Source of the DNA: an uncultured Chromatiales bacterium
Lineage (GTDB): Bacteria > Pseudomonadota > Gammaproteobacteria > Poriferisulfidales > Oxydemutatoraceae
Length of the DNA: 62,922 nt
Reading direction: 5' to 3'
Assembly (NCBI GenBank): GCA_964347615.1
Contig: CAYFZO010000012.1
Location: forward strand, 1-62,922
Positions 1 to 15,000 of this stretch are shown piece by piece (within the stretch, counting starts at the first letter, position 1; every line of letters begins with the position of its first letter). The translations under genes were made by a program, and so were the position numbers. Under the pieces are notes generated by a model. The model was not told the DNA's origin, did no database searches, and saw only the letters and a program-made list of their open reading frames with translations.

Positions 1-3000
1 CACCCGCTCGTCTCCCTCGAGCACCGGGTCCGTCGTCACCCTGACCTCGGTTGATCCCCCGGCAACGAACTGCGCCAGGTCCTGACCCGCGTACCCCGAA
101 AGCGACAGGCTCACGCCGCGAACGACGGCGACCGCCAAAGTATCCGTCGTCACCCGCGCGTTGCCGAGCAACGACGCATCCTCGTCCAGCGTCACGAACA
201 CCGCACCGCTGCTTGCCTCCCGCGTCGCTTCGACGGTCACCGCCGTGGCATTGTCCGTCGGGGTCAACGTCACCGGGCCCCGCGGACTCACCACCGCCAC
301 GCCGGTCGCGCTCAACGAGACCACCAACGCTTCGCCGCTCTGCAACTCAGGCTCGGTTCTCATCGTCACCGTCTGCGAAGCTGTCGCCGGCGCCGCGCCA
401 CCGCGCACCAGCGTAATCCGTCTCGGCTCGAAAAACACCCTGATCTCGCGTTGCTCCACCGTCGCCGACAGGGTCGTTTCAGCCACCCGGACGTTGTCCG
501 GCAACACCGACGCCGCGGCGTTCAGGCTTTCCGCGTCCGGGGTTACATAGTCGGCGTCTCGGTTCGCGCTGACCCGTACGCGCGTGGTCGCGCCGGCGTC
601 GCGACCCAAACTCACCACGGACAGGCTCTCCCCCGACTCCGACCTCACCTCGAGACCCGGACTCGGCGTCAGCGTCACCACCACCGTCTCGCCCGGCTCG
701 AGCAAGTTATCCCTTTCCAACGTCAACTCCACGAGCTCGGATGAGCCGCCCGCAATCAAACTCACTTCCGCCGGATTGAAAGACAACCGCAGATCCCGCT
801 CGACCCGCACCGGCAACGCCGTCTCTTCCAGCCTCACCGCCGACGGGCGCACCGACGTCACCGTCAAGGTCCCTCTCTCACCCGGCGTTCGCGCGAAAAT
901 CAACACCGTGGCCGACCCGGACTCCGTCAAACTCACCCTTTGCGGGTCCACCCCCAGCCCCGGACCTTCGGTCATCACCGCAAAATCCAGCGCTTCGCCC
1001 GGATACAACCCGGAGGTCTCGCCCAAGCGCAGCATTACCTCGGTCGCGTCCGAAACCGTCAGCACCGCCTCGGCCACGTCAAACTCCACCGAAACCGACA
1101 CCACCCTGAGCCTCACGCTCACCGACAACAACGCCTGCTCGTCCGCCGCACCGAACCCGTTGCCGCTCAGGGCCGATGTAATCCCGGTCTCACCGGGCGG
1201 CGCGTCGAAACTCGTCTCAATCCTGACCTCACGCCGAGTCGTCGCACCGTCCAAGCGCAGCGTCAAGACGCTCTCGCCACCGCCGAAGGAAAGCCCCGCC
1301 TGCGCCGTCAGCACCACCGTCGCCGACTGACCCGGAGACAACTCGGGCATCGTCGCCACCGTCACCGTGACGCCGTCACCCTGCTCAACATCGACCTCGT
1401 CCGGCGTGAACGTGACCGATACCGGGTTCACCACCAACGACGACCGCGGAGGTTGCGGCTCGAACCCGACGAAACTTTCCCACGCCGCCGCGACCAGCCC
1501 CGACCGTGTGCCGGCGGCCATCGAAACCCTCACTTCCTCGCGTTGTATCGTTTCGCCGTCCAAGTGCAGCGTCAAAACGTTCCCGGCGCCGTTCAGGAAA
1601 ACCCCGGGCGACGCCGTCAACGTCACCGTCGCCGACTCACCGGGCAGCAACGCCGGAACCGTCCCCAGCGTGAACGCGACGCTGCTGCCCGGGGCGACGT
1701 CGACCGCACCCGGGCTGAACACGACCGAAATCTCCCTGTCGCCCGGCGCTCTCACTTGAACCGAATAATCGTCAAGCGTCAACGAACCGAAGTAGGAGAG
1801 ATCCGCAGAGTTGTCCGCAAGGTCGGTGATGCTCGCGCCGTTGAGATCCAACGCACCGTCAGGAACGACAACGTCCACCAAGGCTTCATCGTCGCTCTGC
1901 GGCGTATACCGGAACGCCAGGGTGTCCCTGGAACTCAAATCCTCGTCGTAGACCGCGGTCCGATCCTCACCGCCTATCTCCAGACTCAACGTCGGGTTGA
2001 GACCGTTCGAACCCGGAATCACGAAAACCCTTTCGCTGAAGCGGACGCGAGCAACGACTTCCTTGCCGGCCTCGACCGTGACCTCCGACACGCTCGGGGA
2101 GACGCCGTCATCCAAGCTGAATTCGTTGTCCCAGTCAATCGTGAAACCGCTGAAGCATTGACCGTTGTATCGCTCATAAATCTCGCAACTGTCAGGCGGC
2201 GGCGATAAGGCAATGAACTCCAGCGTCGGAGACCGCCCCGTCGGAGACACCAAAAATGCTTCGCTTCGCGTCTCGCCCGCCGGAATCGTCACGACGTTGC
2301 CGGGCAGCCCTGATATCTCGGCGTCGGATACCACCGCCCCGGCCCGCAGGGAATAGGGCGCTCCGTCGGACAACACGACCCTGAGCGACAGTTCCCCGGA
2401 TACCGTCGCCCGCGCCGCGGGCTCAAGATCCACCGCCAATTCAAAATTGGCGCCGGGATTGCTACCTAAGTGCAGCACGATCAGATTCGAGAGACCTCGA
2501 AACACTCCTTTCGGCAACGAAACCAATTGGTTGCGGTACAGACGCAGTTTCCTCAGTTCGCCAAGGCCGTCGAACGTGCCTGCCGGCAACGTGGTCAAGA
2601 GACCGTTGCTTAGAAACAGGTTCCTCAGTTCGCCGAGGCCGGCGAATATGTCCGCCGGCAACGTGGTCAGGCGGTTGCCGTCCAGACGCAGGATCTCCAG
2701 TTTGCCGAGGCCGGCGAACGTGCCTGCCGGCAACGTGGTCAAATGGTCGCTGTTGCTTAGAATCAATTCCCTCAATTCGCCGAGGCCGGCGAACGTGCCC
2801 GCCGGCAACGTGGTCAGGCGGTTGCCGTTCAGACGCAGGATCTCCAGTTTGCCGAGGCCGGCGAACGTGCCCGCCGGCAACGTGGTCAATTCGTTGTCGT
2901 GTAGATCCAGTTCCTCCAGTCCGCCGAGGCCCTTGAACGTGCCCGTCGGCAACGTGGTCAATTCGTTGTCGCGTAGATTCAGTCTTCTCAGTCCGCCGAG

Positions 3001-6000
3001 GCCCTCGAACACGCCCGCCGGCAACGTGGTCAATTCGTTGGTGTGCAGATTCAGCTCCCTCAGTTTGCCGAGGCCGAAGAAATCCCCTCTCTTGAGGCTG
3101 CTCAGGCCGGTTCCCGCCAAGTTAAGGTCGGAGCTGTATCCAGCCAGGTCTCTTTCGGTTACTTTGGCGCAACTGAAGACACCGGACAACATAACAAGCC
3201 TCTGGCGAACCAGCCGCGTCCGATCGCAGATCCCTCTCTCGGTAATCTCAACCCTGACCGCCGACGGCGAAGCCAGGATATAGCCGCTCCCGGTCGACGG
3301 GGTCAACGACACCGTGAAAAACTCGCTCGGCCGCTCGGGGACCTCGTCGTCACGGATCGAAACCCGGACGCGCCCGCGCGTCTCGCCCGCCCCAACCATG
3401 ACCGTGCTCGAAACCTCACCGGCGGCATAGTCGCCGCCGTCCGCGGTGTCTCCCGGCGCGCCGACGCGGTAGCCCACGGACAGTGCCGACCTCGCCGGCG
3501 GGGCGACCGTGAAAGGCAACTCGAGCGTCGTCTCAACTTCCTCGGTCGAAATCGCCTCGAGGTCAAACGACACCAAGTGCGTCGCAACAACTTGGCGGGC
3601 GGCGACGAGGGTCAGAAAACCATCCGGCAACGAAAGGTTCGCGGCGACGCCCAAAGCGTCGAGCACGGTCGCGCCGTTCAATTCCAACCCGCTTGCCGAG
3701 GCAATACTGACGTCGCCAAGATCCTCCGCCGCGAGCACATAGCTGAAACGCAAGACGCCGTCGGCGGTTCGACCCGGCAGATAGTCGGCACGATACTCTC
3801 GATTCCCGACCGACAACTGCAACGACGGGACACCGCCCGAGGTATCCACGATCAACCCCCTGTCGAAAACCACGTCGACGAAGATCGTCTCCACCCCGGC
3901 AACGTAGCCGGCGGCGAGGTATCGCGGCGACGAAAAACGCATCGTCGTCGCCTGAGGCGCCGACGGCAACCCGCCTGCTTCGCCTTCATAGGCCAACGAC
4001 CCGCCCGACGCGATTTCAAAACCGGCGTAGCAAGGAGCGTAACCGCAGCCCGAATCGCCCAGCCGATCATCTTGTGAGCGACTCTGGAACGGCAACGACG
4101 GATCGCCCAGACTCAAGCGCAGCGTGTGACCGGTCTGGCGTACGACGCTTAAGGTTTCGCTGCGCGTACTCCCCGCCGGAATTGTCACCGTCGAAGTAGT
4201 CAAGAAGACAGGGGTCGAACCCTCCGCGGTCAACGGAAACGACACCTCAAGCGGTGCGCCCTGGGCCAGGTAAAGGTAAAACTCGAGATCGTCGTTGGCG
4301 GCGCTCACGACTCGGAACGCCGCGGTCAGAACGAAATCCGACGAGCCGTCGTCCGGGTTGTCCTCGAGGCGCAAACTCCCTGAAACGCGCCCCAGACCGC
4401 TCAGGCCCGCGAACAGACCCGCCGGCAGCTCACGAACGTCGTTGTCGTGCAACAGCAACTGCTCCAAGCCACTCAAACCCGCGAAAGCCCGCGGATGCAA
4501 GCTGTTCAGACCGCCCGACGATAAATCCAAGCGCTTCAACCTGGTCAATCCATCGCCGAACGCGTTCACCCTCAGCGCTTGCAAACCGGCGTTGCCGCTC
4601 AAGTCCAGCCGCTCGAGCGCGTCCATATCGTTGAAATCGGAAGGCTCGAAATCGCTCAAACCCGCGGCGCTCGCGTCCAACCGCGACGCAGCCCGCAGCG
4701 CGTAGGTCGGGAAACTCGCGCAATCGACGCCGTCCCGCAGTGCGAGAATCGCGTCGCGGATGCCCGGCGTACGGGCGCATATCGGCGGGTCGACCGCAAC
4801 GTTGTCCAGAACCAGCCGCGCGGAATAATCAATCTCCAGGCCGGAAAAGCACTCTCCGGTACGAGGATGCCTGTGCCGATTCAAGCAGCCATTCGTAGCG
4901 TATGCCGTCACGCCGGAGAACTCCAGTTCGACCGGCGTCACGCCGGAGGGAATGGACGCAGTGAACGTCTCGCTGTGCGTGCTGCCCGCAGGAATCTCCA
5001 CGGCGGGGATGGACAACTCGCCGCCCGTGATCCCAAGATCAGCCTGCAAACGATACGGCGCCCCCTCGCGCAACGTGACCCTGAGGAGCGCGGAATCGCT
5101 AACCTCGCCGACGACTTCAAACCCCAGCGCGAGGGTAAAAGCGCTGCCGGGGTTGTCGTCCAACCTAAGCCCTTTCAGGTTCGAAAGCCCCGCGAAAATA
5201 CCCGCCGGCAACTCGGACAAACCGTTCCCGTGAAGAGACAGATATTCGAGCTTCCCAAGATCCGAAAACAGCCCCGGCGGCAACCCCGACAACCGCAGGT
5301 TGTTATTCAGGTGCAACACTTCCAATCTGCCGAGCCCGGCGAACACACCCGCGGGCAAGGCTCGCAAATCATTGTCGGACAGATTCAGCCACCTCAGCCT
5401 ACCTAGCCCGGCGAACACGCCCTCAGGCAAGGCTCGCAGATCATTGTCACTCAGATTCAGAACCGACAGCTTACCGAGACCGGTGAACACGTCCGCACGC
5501 AATACCTGCAATTGATTGGCATTCAGAAACAGATCATCCAGCTCGCCCAGCCCGGCGAACACGCCCTCAGGCAAGGCTCGCAGATCATTGCCGCTCAGAC
5601 TCAGACCCGACAGCTTACCGAGACCGGCGAACACGTCCGCACGCAAGACCTGCAATTGATTGTCCCTCAGATACAGATTAACCAGCTTGTCCAGCCCGGC
5701 GAACACGCCCTCAGGCAAGGTTTGCAGCGAGTTGCTGTCCATGTCCAATCCTCGCAGATTGACAAGACCCGAGAAATCTCTCGACAAGAGGCTGGTGATG
5801 CCTTGATCGTACAGAATCACGTCGCTTCGCCGTGCCAAGTGCGCGTCGGTTACGGCGGCACAACCGGACCGTCCTGACAGCACGTCCCGAACCGCCGGCG
5901 TACGGTCGCAGACGCCCTCGCTAATCGTAACCCTCAGTGACGACGGCGAGATCACAACGTAATCCGCCCCGGAGGCGGGCGGCATCAGATACAGCGTGAA

Positions 6001-9000
6001 AAACTTGCTCAGCGGACCTATTCCCTGGTCGTCCACGGTTGAAACGGAAATGTATCTCGTTTCCACACCACCGACTCTAACGACGGTGCTCCCGGTCTCC
6101 AGACGGTAGTCGCCGGCGGTGGCCGTGTCGCCGGCGCGACCGGCGCCGTAACCGACGTCAGGCGACGCCCCCTGCAACGGTGCCGGTCTGACGATGAAAG
6201 GCACGAAGCTTTGATCGCCTTCTGCGATTGTAACCGGGCCCGAATCACCGAAACTCACCAAGTGCGACCTGTGGACTTTGCGGTCGCCGGCGGGAGAGGA
6301 AACAAACCTCGCCAACGACGCGTCCACGTTCACGCGGGAGTAACCGGTCACCGTCGCGCCGTTCAGCTGCAAACTCCGTGCCGAAGCGACGCTGAGACCG
6401 TCCGCGTCGAGATCCTCCCGAGCGAGCGCGTAGCTGAAACGCAGTTTGTCGCCGGCGCCCGAGATTGGCGCGGGGATCGGCGCCGGAGTAGGCACATAAG
6501 TCGCGGTGCGCGTGGTCTCCCCGACCTGCAACGTCAGCGACGGTTCGCCGCCCGCAACGTCCACGACGAGCGGCTCCCGGTCGAAAACCACCTCAACCAC
6601 AACCGTCTCCACACCCGCGACGTACCCGTCATCCAAGTATTGCGGCGGCGGGGTGAACTCCACGCGTTCCACCCGCGGCACCGGGGAATCGTCGTAGATG
6701 AACGGCACCTCGCTCGCCGCGATTCGAAATCCGCTGTAGCAAGGCGGGGTGCCGCAGCCGCCTCGCGGCAGCAACGCCGGAACCGGTGTGCCCAAGCGCA
6801 GGGGCGCCGTTCCCTCGGCTTGGCGACCTACCCTGAACCGGGCGCTTTGCACCTCGCCCGCCGGGATTGTCACTTCAGAGGGGGCGAGAGAACCAAACGC
6901 ACCTCCCGCAATCAACGGAACCGTCACGTCGAACGGAGCGCCTTGCGCCAAATACAGAACCAGCTCGGCTTGATTGCCAACCACGCGCACAAACCTGAAC
7001 TCCACGGTGAAAACAAGATCCGGCGAGACGACGTCCGGGTTGCCGCGAAGACGCAGACTGCCCTCGCGCGACCCTAAATCCAGACCCGCGAAGATCCCCG
7101 CCGGCAAGCTTCGCAAATCGTTGTCGTCCAACCGCAGCGACCGTAATCGGAACAGGCCCGAGAAATCGCCCCCTTTCAGGGATGCGATGCCCTCCTCACT
7201 CAGATCGAGCTCGGTTTGGCCGAACAAGTCCGACGACGTTACATCGGTGCACGCGCCGGCGCCGACCGCGGTCGTCAACGCGTCGCGCACCTGCGACGTG
7301 CGGTCGCAAACCCCCTCCTTGATCGTGACCACCACCTGCGCCGGCGAAGCCAGGAAATAGGCGTCGGAACCGGAATCGCTCAGGGACACCGTAAAACTCT
7401 CGCGCGGCGACTCGACCGCCTCGTCGTCCCGGATCGAAATCCGGATGGTGCCGTTCCGTTCGCCCGCGAAAACCGAAATCGCGCCGGCGCCGACGTCGCT
7501 GTAGTCTTCGTCTCCCGCCGTGTCCCCGAACGCACCGATGACGTAGGTGACGCTGGCTGATACCACCGCCCGACTCGCGGTCACACCCAGCTCGAACGTC
7601 TCCCCTTCGACAACCTCGACCGAGGCGACGTCGAACCGCAACAAGCCGCCCGGTCGAACCTTGGGTCCGGCGACGTCCACGACGTCCGCCAGCGACGGGT
7701 TCGCGGACGTGCCGAAAGCGTCGGTGACGACAGCCCCGTTCAGGCGCAAGGCGTTCGCCGAGTTGACGTGGACGCCGTCTTCGTCGACGTCGCCGTCGCA
7801 ATCGTCCCCGCCCCTGCAGCCGATTGTGTAACTGAAACGCAGTCTGCCGCTCGAACCCGACGCCGACGCGTAGGTCGCGGTGCTCACAGCACCTGCAATC
7901 TCCAGCATCAACTCCGGTTCGCCGTCCGAGGTATCTACGTTCAACTCCCGGTCGAAAACCACCTCGACGGTGAACGCCTCCGCACCCGGGGTGGTGCGAT
8001 CGTTGAGATAGGCGTCGTCGAAGTAGCGCGGCACCGAGAACTCGACGCCCGTCACCCGCAGCGGCGGTGGCGGCGTACCGGAGTAGACCAACGGCTCACC
8101 CGACGCGATCTCAAACCCGGCGTAGCAGGGGACGTAGCCGCAACCCGAGTTACTTTGGGAGTTACCCTCCGAGTCACCTCCCGAGTCACCTTGCGGCAAC
8201 GACGGCGCAACGCCCAAACTCAATTTCAGCGCCTGTCCGGCGGCGCGGGTGACGCGCATGGTCTCGCCTCGCGTGCTTCCCGCCGAAATCCCTACTGTCG
8301 AGGGAACCGAACCGGTGGAACCCGTCGCGGTCAATGGAAAACTCAGGGCAAACGGCGCACCTTGAGGCAAATACAGATAAAACTCCAAGTCGTCGCCCGA
8401 CGCGCCCGCGACCTTCAGCTGCGCGGTCAATACAAAGTTCAAAGAGCCGTCGTTGGAGTCGAGGTCGGGGTTGTTGCCCTCAAGACGCAAGCTCCCCGAA
8501 GCGCTCCCCAGACCGGTCAGACCCTCGAAGATCCCCGCCGGCAAGGTTTGCAGATCGTTGTCCTGCAACAGCAACTGCTCCAGACGCCCGAGACCCGCGA
8601 AAGCTTTCGGGTGCAACTCACGCAACCCGCCCGACGACAAATCCAGCCGCTTCAGGTCGCCGAGATAGTCGAACACCGACTCGCCGAGCGCTTGCAACGG
8701 CGCGTTGCCGCTCAAGTCCAAACGTTGAAGCCGAATCATGGGCACGAAGTCTTCCCTCGAAATTGCGCTCAAGCCCACGTTGCTCGCGTCCAGATACGCC
8801 GCAAACCCCAGTGCTTCGTAGGGAAAGTCGGCGCAGCCCGCGGGGCTGCCCGGCAGCTGCAGGATCGCGTTGCGAATCCCCGGCGTTCGACCGCACACCG
8901 TCGGCCCGGAACCGGGGGAACCGGGCGTCGCCGGGAAAGACCGCTCGTCCGAGGTGATTTCGAAACCCTGAAACGCCGTGAGTTGGTCGAACGGCAGACG

Positions 9001-12000
9001 GCCAAGAATATCTCCGGGGCTAACGTTCATTCCCAAGGTCCGTGCGCCAGGTGCACGGGTCACGAAAAACACCTCGCTTTGCGTACTGCCCGCCGCAATC
9101 GCCACCGTCGGACTGCTCGACGCACCGCCGACCACCGAAACGCTGACGTCCAAATAGTATGGTGCACCGTGGCGCAGCGTCAGCCTGATGGGGACGGGCT
9201 GGTCCACCGCCAGCGGCGACTGCGGGCCGCCGGCAAGCTCAACCCTCAGCGGCAAACTGAAAGGCGAACCCGGGTTGGCGCCTAAGTCAAGCGCCTGCAA
9301 ACCCGTGAGCCCAGAAAACACGCCTTCCGGCAAGACCCGCAGAAAGTTGCCGTTCAACCGCAATTCCTGCAGACCGGCCAGACCTGAGAAATCTCCCCGC
9401 TTGACCGCGACCATTCGCGTAGAACTCAGGTCAAGACGCCGTCTTGAAGACAGATACGCCTCTGTGACGGCGGCGCAACCGGAGAACCGCGATGGGGTCA
9501 GCGCCTCACGCACTTTCGGCGTACGGTCGCAAACCCCTTCGGCGATTACCACCCGCAGCGTGGACGGCGAGGCCACGAAGTAGTCGTCCGAAGGAGACAA
9601 CGACACCGTGAAAAACTCCCTGGCCGGTTCGATCTCCTCGTCGTCCCGGATTGAAACCAAAACCGTGCCGCGCGTCGCGCCCGCCTCAACCGTGACCGTG
9701 CCGTCGCCGGCGTCAATGTAGTCGTCGTCATCGGCGGTATCGCCGGGGGCACCGACTCGATAGTCCACCGTCAGACCAACCGACGTCGGCGGATCCAGAC
9801 GAAAAGACAACTCGGCCGTCGTTCCTTCCGTGAACGACGCCAAACTCGTTTCAAACGACAACCGACTGATCCGATGGACTTGACGCTCGGCGACCGGGGT
9901 AACAAAGCGCGCCAGAGAAAGGGCCGCAGCCACCGAGAAAGCGTCGCGCACGGTCGCACCGTTCAGCTCCAACCCATCCGAAACGACGCTGACGCCGTCC
10001 TCATCCACGTCATCCGACGCGAGCGCGTAACTGAAACGCAGCCCGTCGACGCCGGTTCGACCCAGCAGGTAAGACGCTCTGCGCACCTTGCTCCCGACCT
10101 GCAACCGCAGCGACGGCACGCCGCCCGAGGTATCTATAATCAGCGCCTTGTCGAAAATCACGTCAACGGTCATCGTCTCCATCCCCGCAACGTAGCCGTC
10201 GTCGAAGTAACGCGGCGCGGAAAACTCGACCGCCGTGACTTGCGCCGCTTGTCGCGTACCGTCGTAGACGAACGGCGGCCCCGAGGCGATTTCAAAACCG
10301 GCGTAGCAGGGAGCGTAACCGCAACCCGAGTCGCCCCCCGAATTGTCTTCTGCCGAATCGTCTTCTGAGTCAACCCCTGAGTTACCTCCTGAGTTACCCC
10401 CTGAGTTACCTTGCGGCAACGACGGCGGATCACCCAAACTCAAACGCAGAGTCTGATCGGATGCACGATTCACGCTCAAGATCTCGCTTCGCGTGCTCCC
10501 CGCCGGAATCACCACCGTCGAGGACGTGGCCGAGGATGAACCCGGAGATGCCCCTTGAGTGGTCAACAAAAACGACAGCTCAAACGGCGCACCTTGCGCC
10601 AAGTAGAGATAGAAATCGAGCGCGTCGCCCGCGACCTGCGCGACCCGAAACACCGCGGGCAAAACGAAACGCGGCGAGTCGTCGTCCGGATTGCCCTCGA
10701 CGCGCAGGCTCCCCGACGGCGCACCCAGACCGCTCAAGCCCGAGAATATCCCCGCCGGCAGTTCACGCAGGTCGTTGTCGTACAACAGCAACTGCTCCAA
10801 GCTTTCAAGACCGGAGAAAGCCCGGGAATCCAGCGTCCTCAGGCCCATCGACGACAGGTCCAACCGCTTCAAACTGCCCAAATCGCCGAACGCGTTAGCG
10901 CCCAACGCCTGCAAACCGGCGCTGCCGCTCAAATCCAGACGTTCAAGCGACTCCATGCCGGCGAAATTACCCGACGTCAAACCGTTCAAGTCCGCGTCGC
11001 TCAAGTCCAGATACGTCGCAATCCTCAACAAGTCGGTCGGAACGTTGTCGCAGTTGTTGCCGCTCCACAGTTGAATGAGGGCGTTTTGGACCGCCTGCGT
11101 GCGGTCGCACACCGACGTATTGGCCGAGACGTCGAGCAGAGTAAATGGAGCGGGTGCCACGATTTCCAAGCCGCTGAAACAGCGCCCATCGGCGCCTCGC
11201 TGCCAAGATATACAGTCCTCGGGCAGCGGCGACGGGTTGTCAAGCCGCATTACGAAAGCTTGCGCGTTGGCAGGAAACACTTCAAACGTCTCGCTCTGCG
11301 TCGCGCCCGGCGGAATCTCCACGACGGAGACCGACGCACTACCGCCTTCTACCCTAAGATCGCCTCGCAAACGATACGCCGCCCCCTCGCGCACCGTGAG
11401 CTTGACCGGTACGCGCTCGATGTCACCGCTGCCGTCCGTCAGCAACTGCATACCGGCCCCGCCTGCAAACTCAAATCTCAACGTTGACCTGAACGTCGTC
11501 CGCCCGGAATCGTCCAAAGTAAGCGCACGCAAACTCTCCGCAATCCCAGAAAAAATACCCGCCGGCAGTTCGGTCATGGCGTTGTTACCCAACCGCAACC
11601 AATTCAACCCATCGGTGCCTGAAAACACGCCCGCAGACAACGAAGACAGCGGGTTGTCGGTCAGAAGCAACCACCACCCCGCCTGACCGACGCCGGAGAA
11701 CACGCCCGGTGGCAACGAGCTCAACCGGTTGCCTTGCAGACGCAACCGGTTCAGCTTGCCCAGCCCGGAGAACGCGTCCCGACGCAACGATTGGAGTTGA
11801 TTGTTCCTCAACTCGAGCGTGCCCAGATTGTCCAGTCCCTCGAACAAGCCCGACGGCAAACTTTGCAACCGGTTATCGTTCAACAGCAGGCGGGCTAAGT
11901 TGGTCAAGCCCGAAAAGTCCTTTGAACGCAGGCTGGTGACGCCTGCATCGTCCAAGTTCAGCACGTTGTCCACCCCGGCCAAGTCCTGGTTCGTCACGTC

Positions 12001-15000
12001 GAAGCAATTTTCCTTGCCGATCGCCGACAGCAACGCGTCCTGAACCTGCGGCGTACGGTCGCAAATCCCCACCTTGACCGTAACCGACGTCCGCGACGGA
12101 GAAAGCAGAACGTAATCATCCGAAGGCGTCAGCCGCACCTCGAAAGTCTCGCCGCCGTCCCCGACCGGAATCCGAATCATCCCGCGCCGCGACCCCGCCG
12201 GGACCACAACTCTGCCGTCGTAAGCAAAGTCGGCGCCCTCCACGGCGTAGTCGACGACGAACGTCAACCGCGCCGCGGGCAAGACGTTGAAAGGCAGCTC
12301 CAGAATCGAATCTTCCCCGACCGAGACCGTGGTGGCGTCAAACGATAAGGCAATCCCTTGTTGGACTTTGTATCTGGAATCGGCATCGTCGGCACCATCC
12401 GGCAGACGCACGGAGTTAGACTCAAATTCATGAATCAACCCCGTGGCGGTGGCGCCGTTCAATTTCAACCCGTCTCTTGAGACGACCCTGATGCCGTTCA
12501 CGTCAACGTCGTCCTCCCTGAGCGCGTAGGCGAACGTCCAGACGTCGGTGGCGCTCGCGGCCGGAACGTAACTCGCGACGCGCGTCTTGTCCCCGACCCG
12601 CAGTTCCAACCACGGCACGCCACCCTGCTCCGAAGGGATCAAGATCAACTTGTCGTTGAATCGAACCTCGGCGGTAATCGTCTCCGCGCCCGCAACGTAG
12701 CCGCCCGCGTCTTGCGGACGCGGGGTGAACTCGAAACCGTCTATCGATACGGTGCCTCGAGACCCGTAGGTGTATCCGTCAAACCCAAAACTGAATCCAA
12801 AGCCGGTATAGCAGCGGGCGCGACCGCAGCCACCCGCAGGCAACGACGGCAGGACGCCTTCAGGGTAATGAAAACCCAAATCCGGCGGTTCGCCGTTAAC
12901 TCGGGCGGGAAGCACTGCATCATTGCTTTGGCTTCGTACGTCACCGGCGGCGAAGGAAAAATCGGCATTTCTTATAAATCTAATTACCGGATGCTCCGTC
13001 CGAATACCGACGTCTTCCAGAATGAAGTTAAACGGTGCGCCTTGGGCCAAGTAAGGGCGGATGGTGACCACTTCGTCGTTGCTTCGCGGGCTGGTCCCGT
13101 CAATGCCCATCTGGATGACGAAATCAAAGGGCGTACCCGGATTGTTTTCGAGAAACAGATAGCTGGAAGCGTCGCCCAGCCCAACGAGACCTTCGAATAT
13201 CCCCGCCGGTAGGATTTGCAATTCGTTGTCGCGCAAATCCAGCCCCCGCAAGCTGCTGAGGCCCAGAAAATCCCTCGGGTTGAGGCGTTCTATCCCGCGA
13301 TCGCTCAGATCCAAGGTGACCACGCCGGCCAAATCCTCGTTGGTCACCGCGGTGCAATCGTCGCGCCCGGTTACCTCCATCAGCGCGTCGCGCACCTGCG
13401 GCGTGCGATCACAAAGCCCTTCCTCGATCTCGATTGCCACCGTCGCTACGGCGATGGGAACGTAGTCGCCCGAATCCCGCAGGGACACCGTGAAGGTTTC
13501 ACGCGCCCGACCGACCCAGTCGTTGTCGGGAACGGAAACTTGGATACGCCCGCCGGATGCACCCGCCGGAATCCGTCCCGTCGGGAAGCCGCTGATGAGC
13601 GCGCCGGAGAAGTCAGACGAGAAGTTCAGATCGAACGGCCCGCTCACCGAAGGGTCGAGGGTGAAATCCAGAAACACCTGGCTCCCTTCCCTGACCGAAG
13701 CCGTGGCGACGTCAAACATTATCACGGACAGCCGCTGAACTTTTTGGTCGGGATACGTTCCACCGTGATCGGCCAAATCCAGATCCGGAGAGTTATGTCC
13801 AACCAACATATCGTCGATGGTCGCGCCGTTCCTCTCGATTCGCTCGAGGGCGATGCCGTCGTCGTCCGCCGGGTCGTCTCTCAAGAGACGGTAGCGGAAT
13901 CGCATCGCGTCGGAACCGCCTTCGGACGGCACGTAAGTCGCGCGCCTCTCGGCGTTTCCGATTGTCACAACTAGTTCAGGTTTACCTTCGACGACGACGA
14001 TCCTGCTGTCAAAAAGCACCTCGATCACGATTACGTCGAAGCCCGTGACGTAGCCGTCTGAATTTTCCCGCGACGAGACAAAACGGACGTCGCTGACCTC
14101 TGCAGGGGGCCAAAATATCAAGTTGTAGTTGTATATCTCATAGTCAATGGGGTTCCGGTAGCAACCCGGACGCAACCTGCAATTCGCGTCGGGAACATCC
14201 GCGGGGGCTCTGATCACAAAGCCGTCGTAGCAGGGGGAATAACCGCAGCCCGAATTGCCCTGAGGCAACGACGGCAACGCGGTGAACGACACCCGGACGT
14301 CGGGTATTTCGGGGGGATCGCTTCTGGTGTCCGAATGTCTGACCCGGTCTTTTCCCTCGCTGGACAATCCTCCTGCAGAAAGCGACCCGCCCGAGCCGGC
14401 AGGGTCGCTGAATTGACCGCCTTCCACCTTCCATTCGAATTCCACGTCAAACGGTGCGCCTTGGGCCAAGTAGGCAGAGAAGTCGACCCACGAGAAATCA
14501 GAAGTTGCATCGACCCTATGCGCCCTGACCTCCACCACAAGGGCAAAAGGCGTCCTCGGATCGCCGTCGGGGCCCGGGTTGCCCGAAAGGAGCAAGCTCC
14601 CGCCGTAGCCGTCAACGGCGGCGGGATTGAAATCGCGTCCCTCGAATAGCTTCGCGCGCAAGAACCCCAATCGGTTGTTGCGCAAATCCAACTGTTTCAA
14701 TTTGGGAGTATACCGAAGCAGGTCGGCTTCGAGATCCTGCAGTCGGTTGTCGCTCAAATCCAACCGCCTCAAATCGTCGAGGCCGGCGAAGCGGTTACCC
14801 CTGAGTGCTCCCCTCAACCGGTTGTGCTCCAAGTTCAACTCGCGCAGGTTGCTCAGTCCCCTGAATGCTCCTTCCCACGGCAACAATTCCAATCGGTTGT
14901 ACGACAGATCCAAGACCCGCAGTTGGTCGACGTCGCTGAACGCGGAGGGCTTCAAAAACCGCAACTCGTTGTCCGACAGATTCAGCGTTTGCAGACCGGT

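Noticed and set aside
2513-3075. Regularly spaced repeats as a CRISPR array
   Set aside because: The 72/75-nt period is in frame and encodes LRR units; the intervening sequences are homologous to each other; no cas genes.
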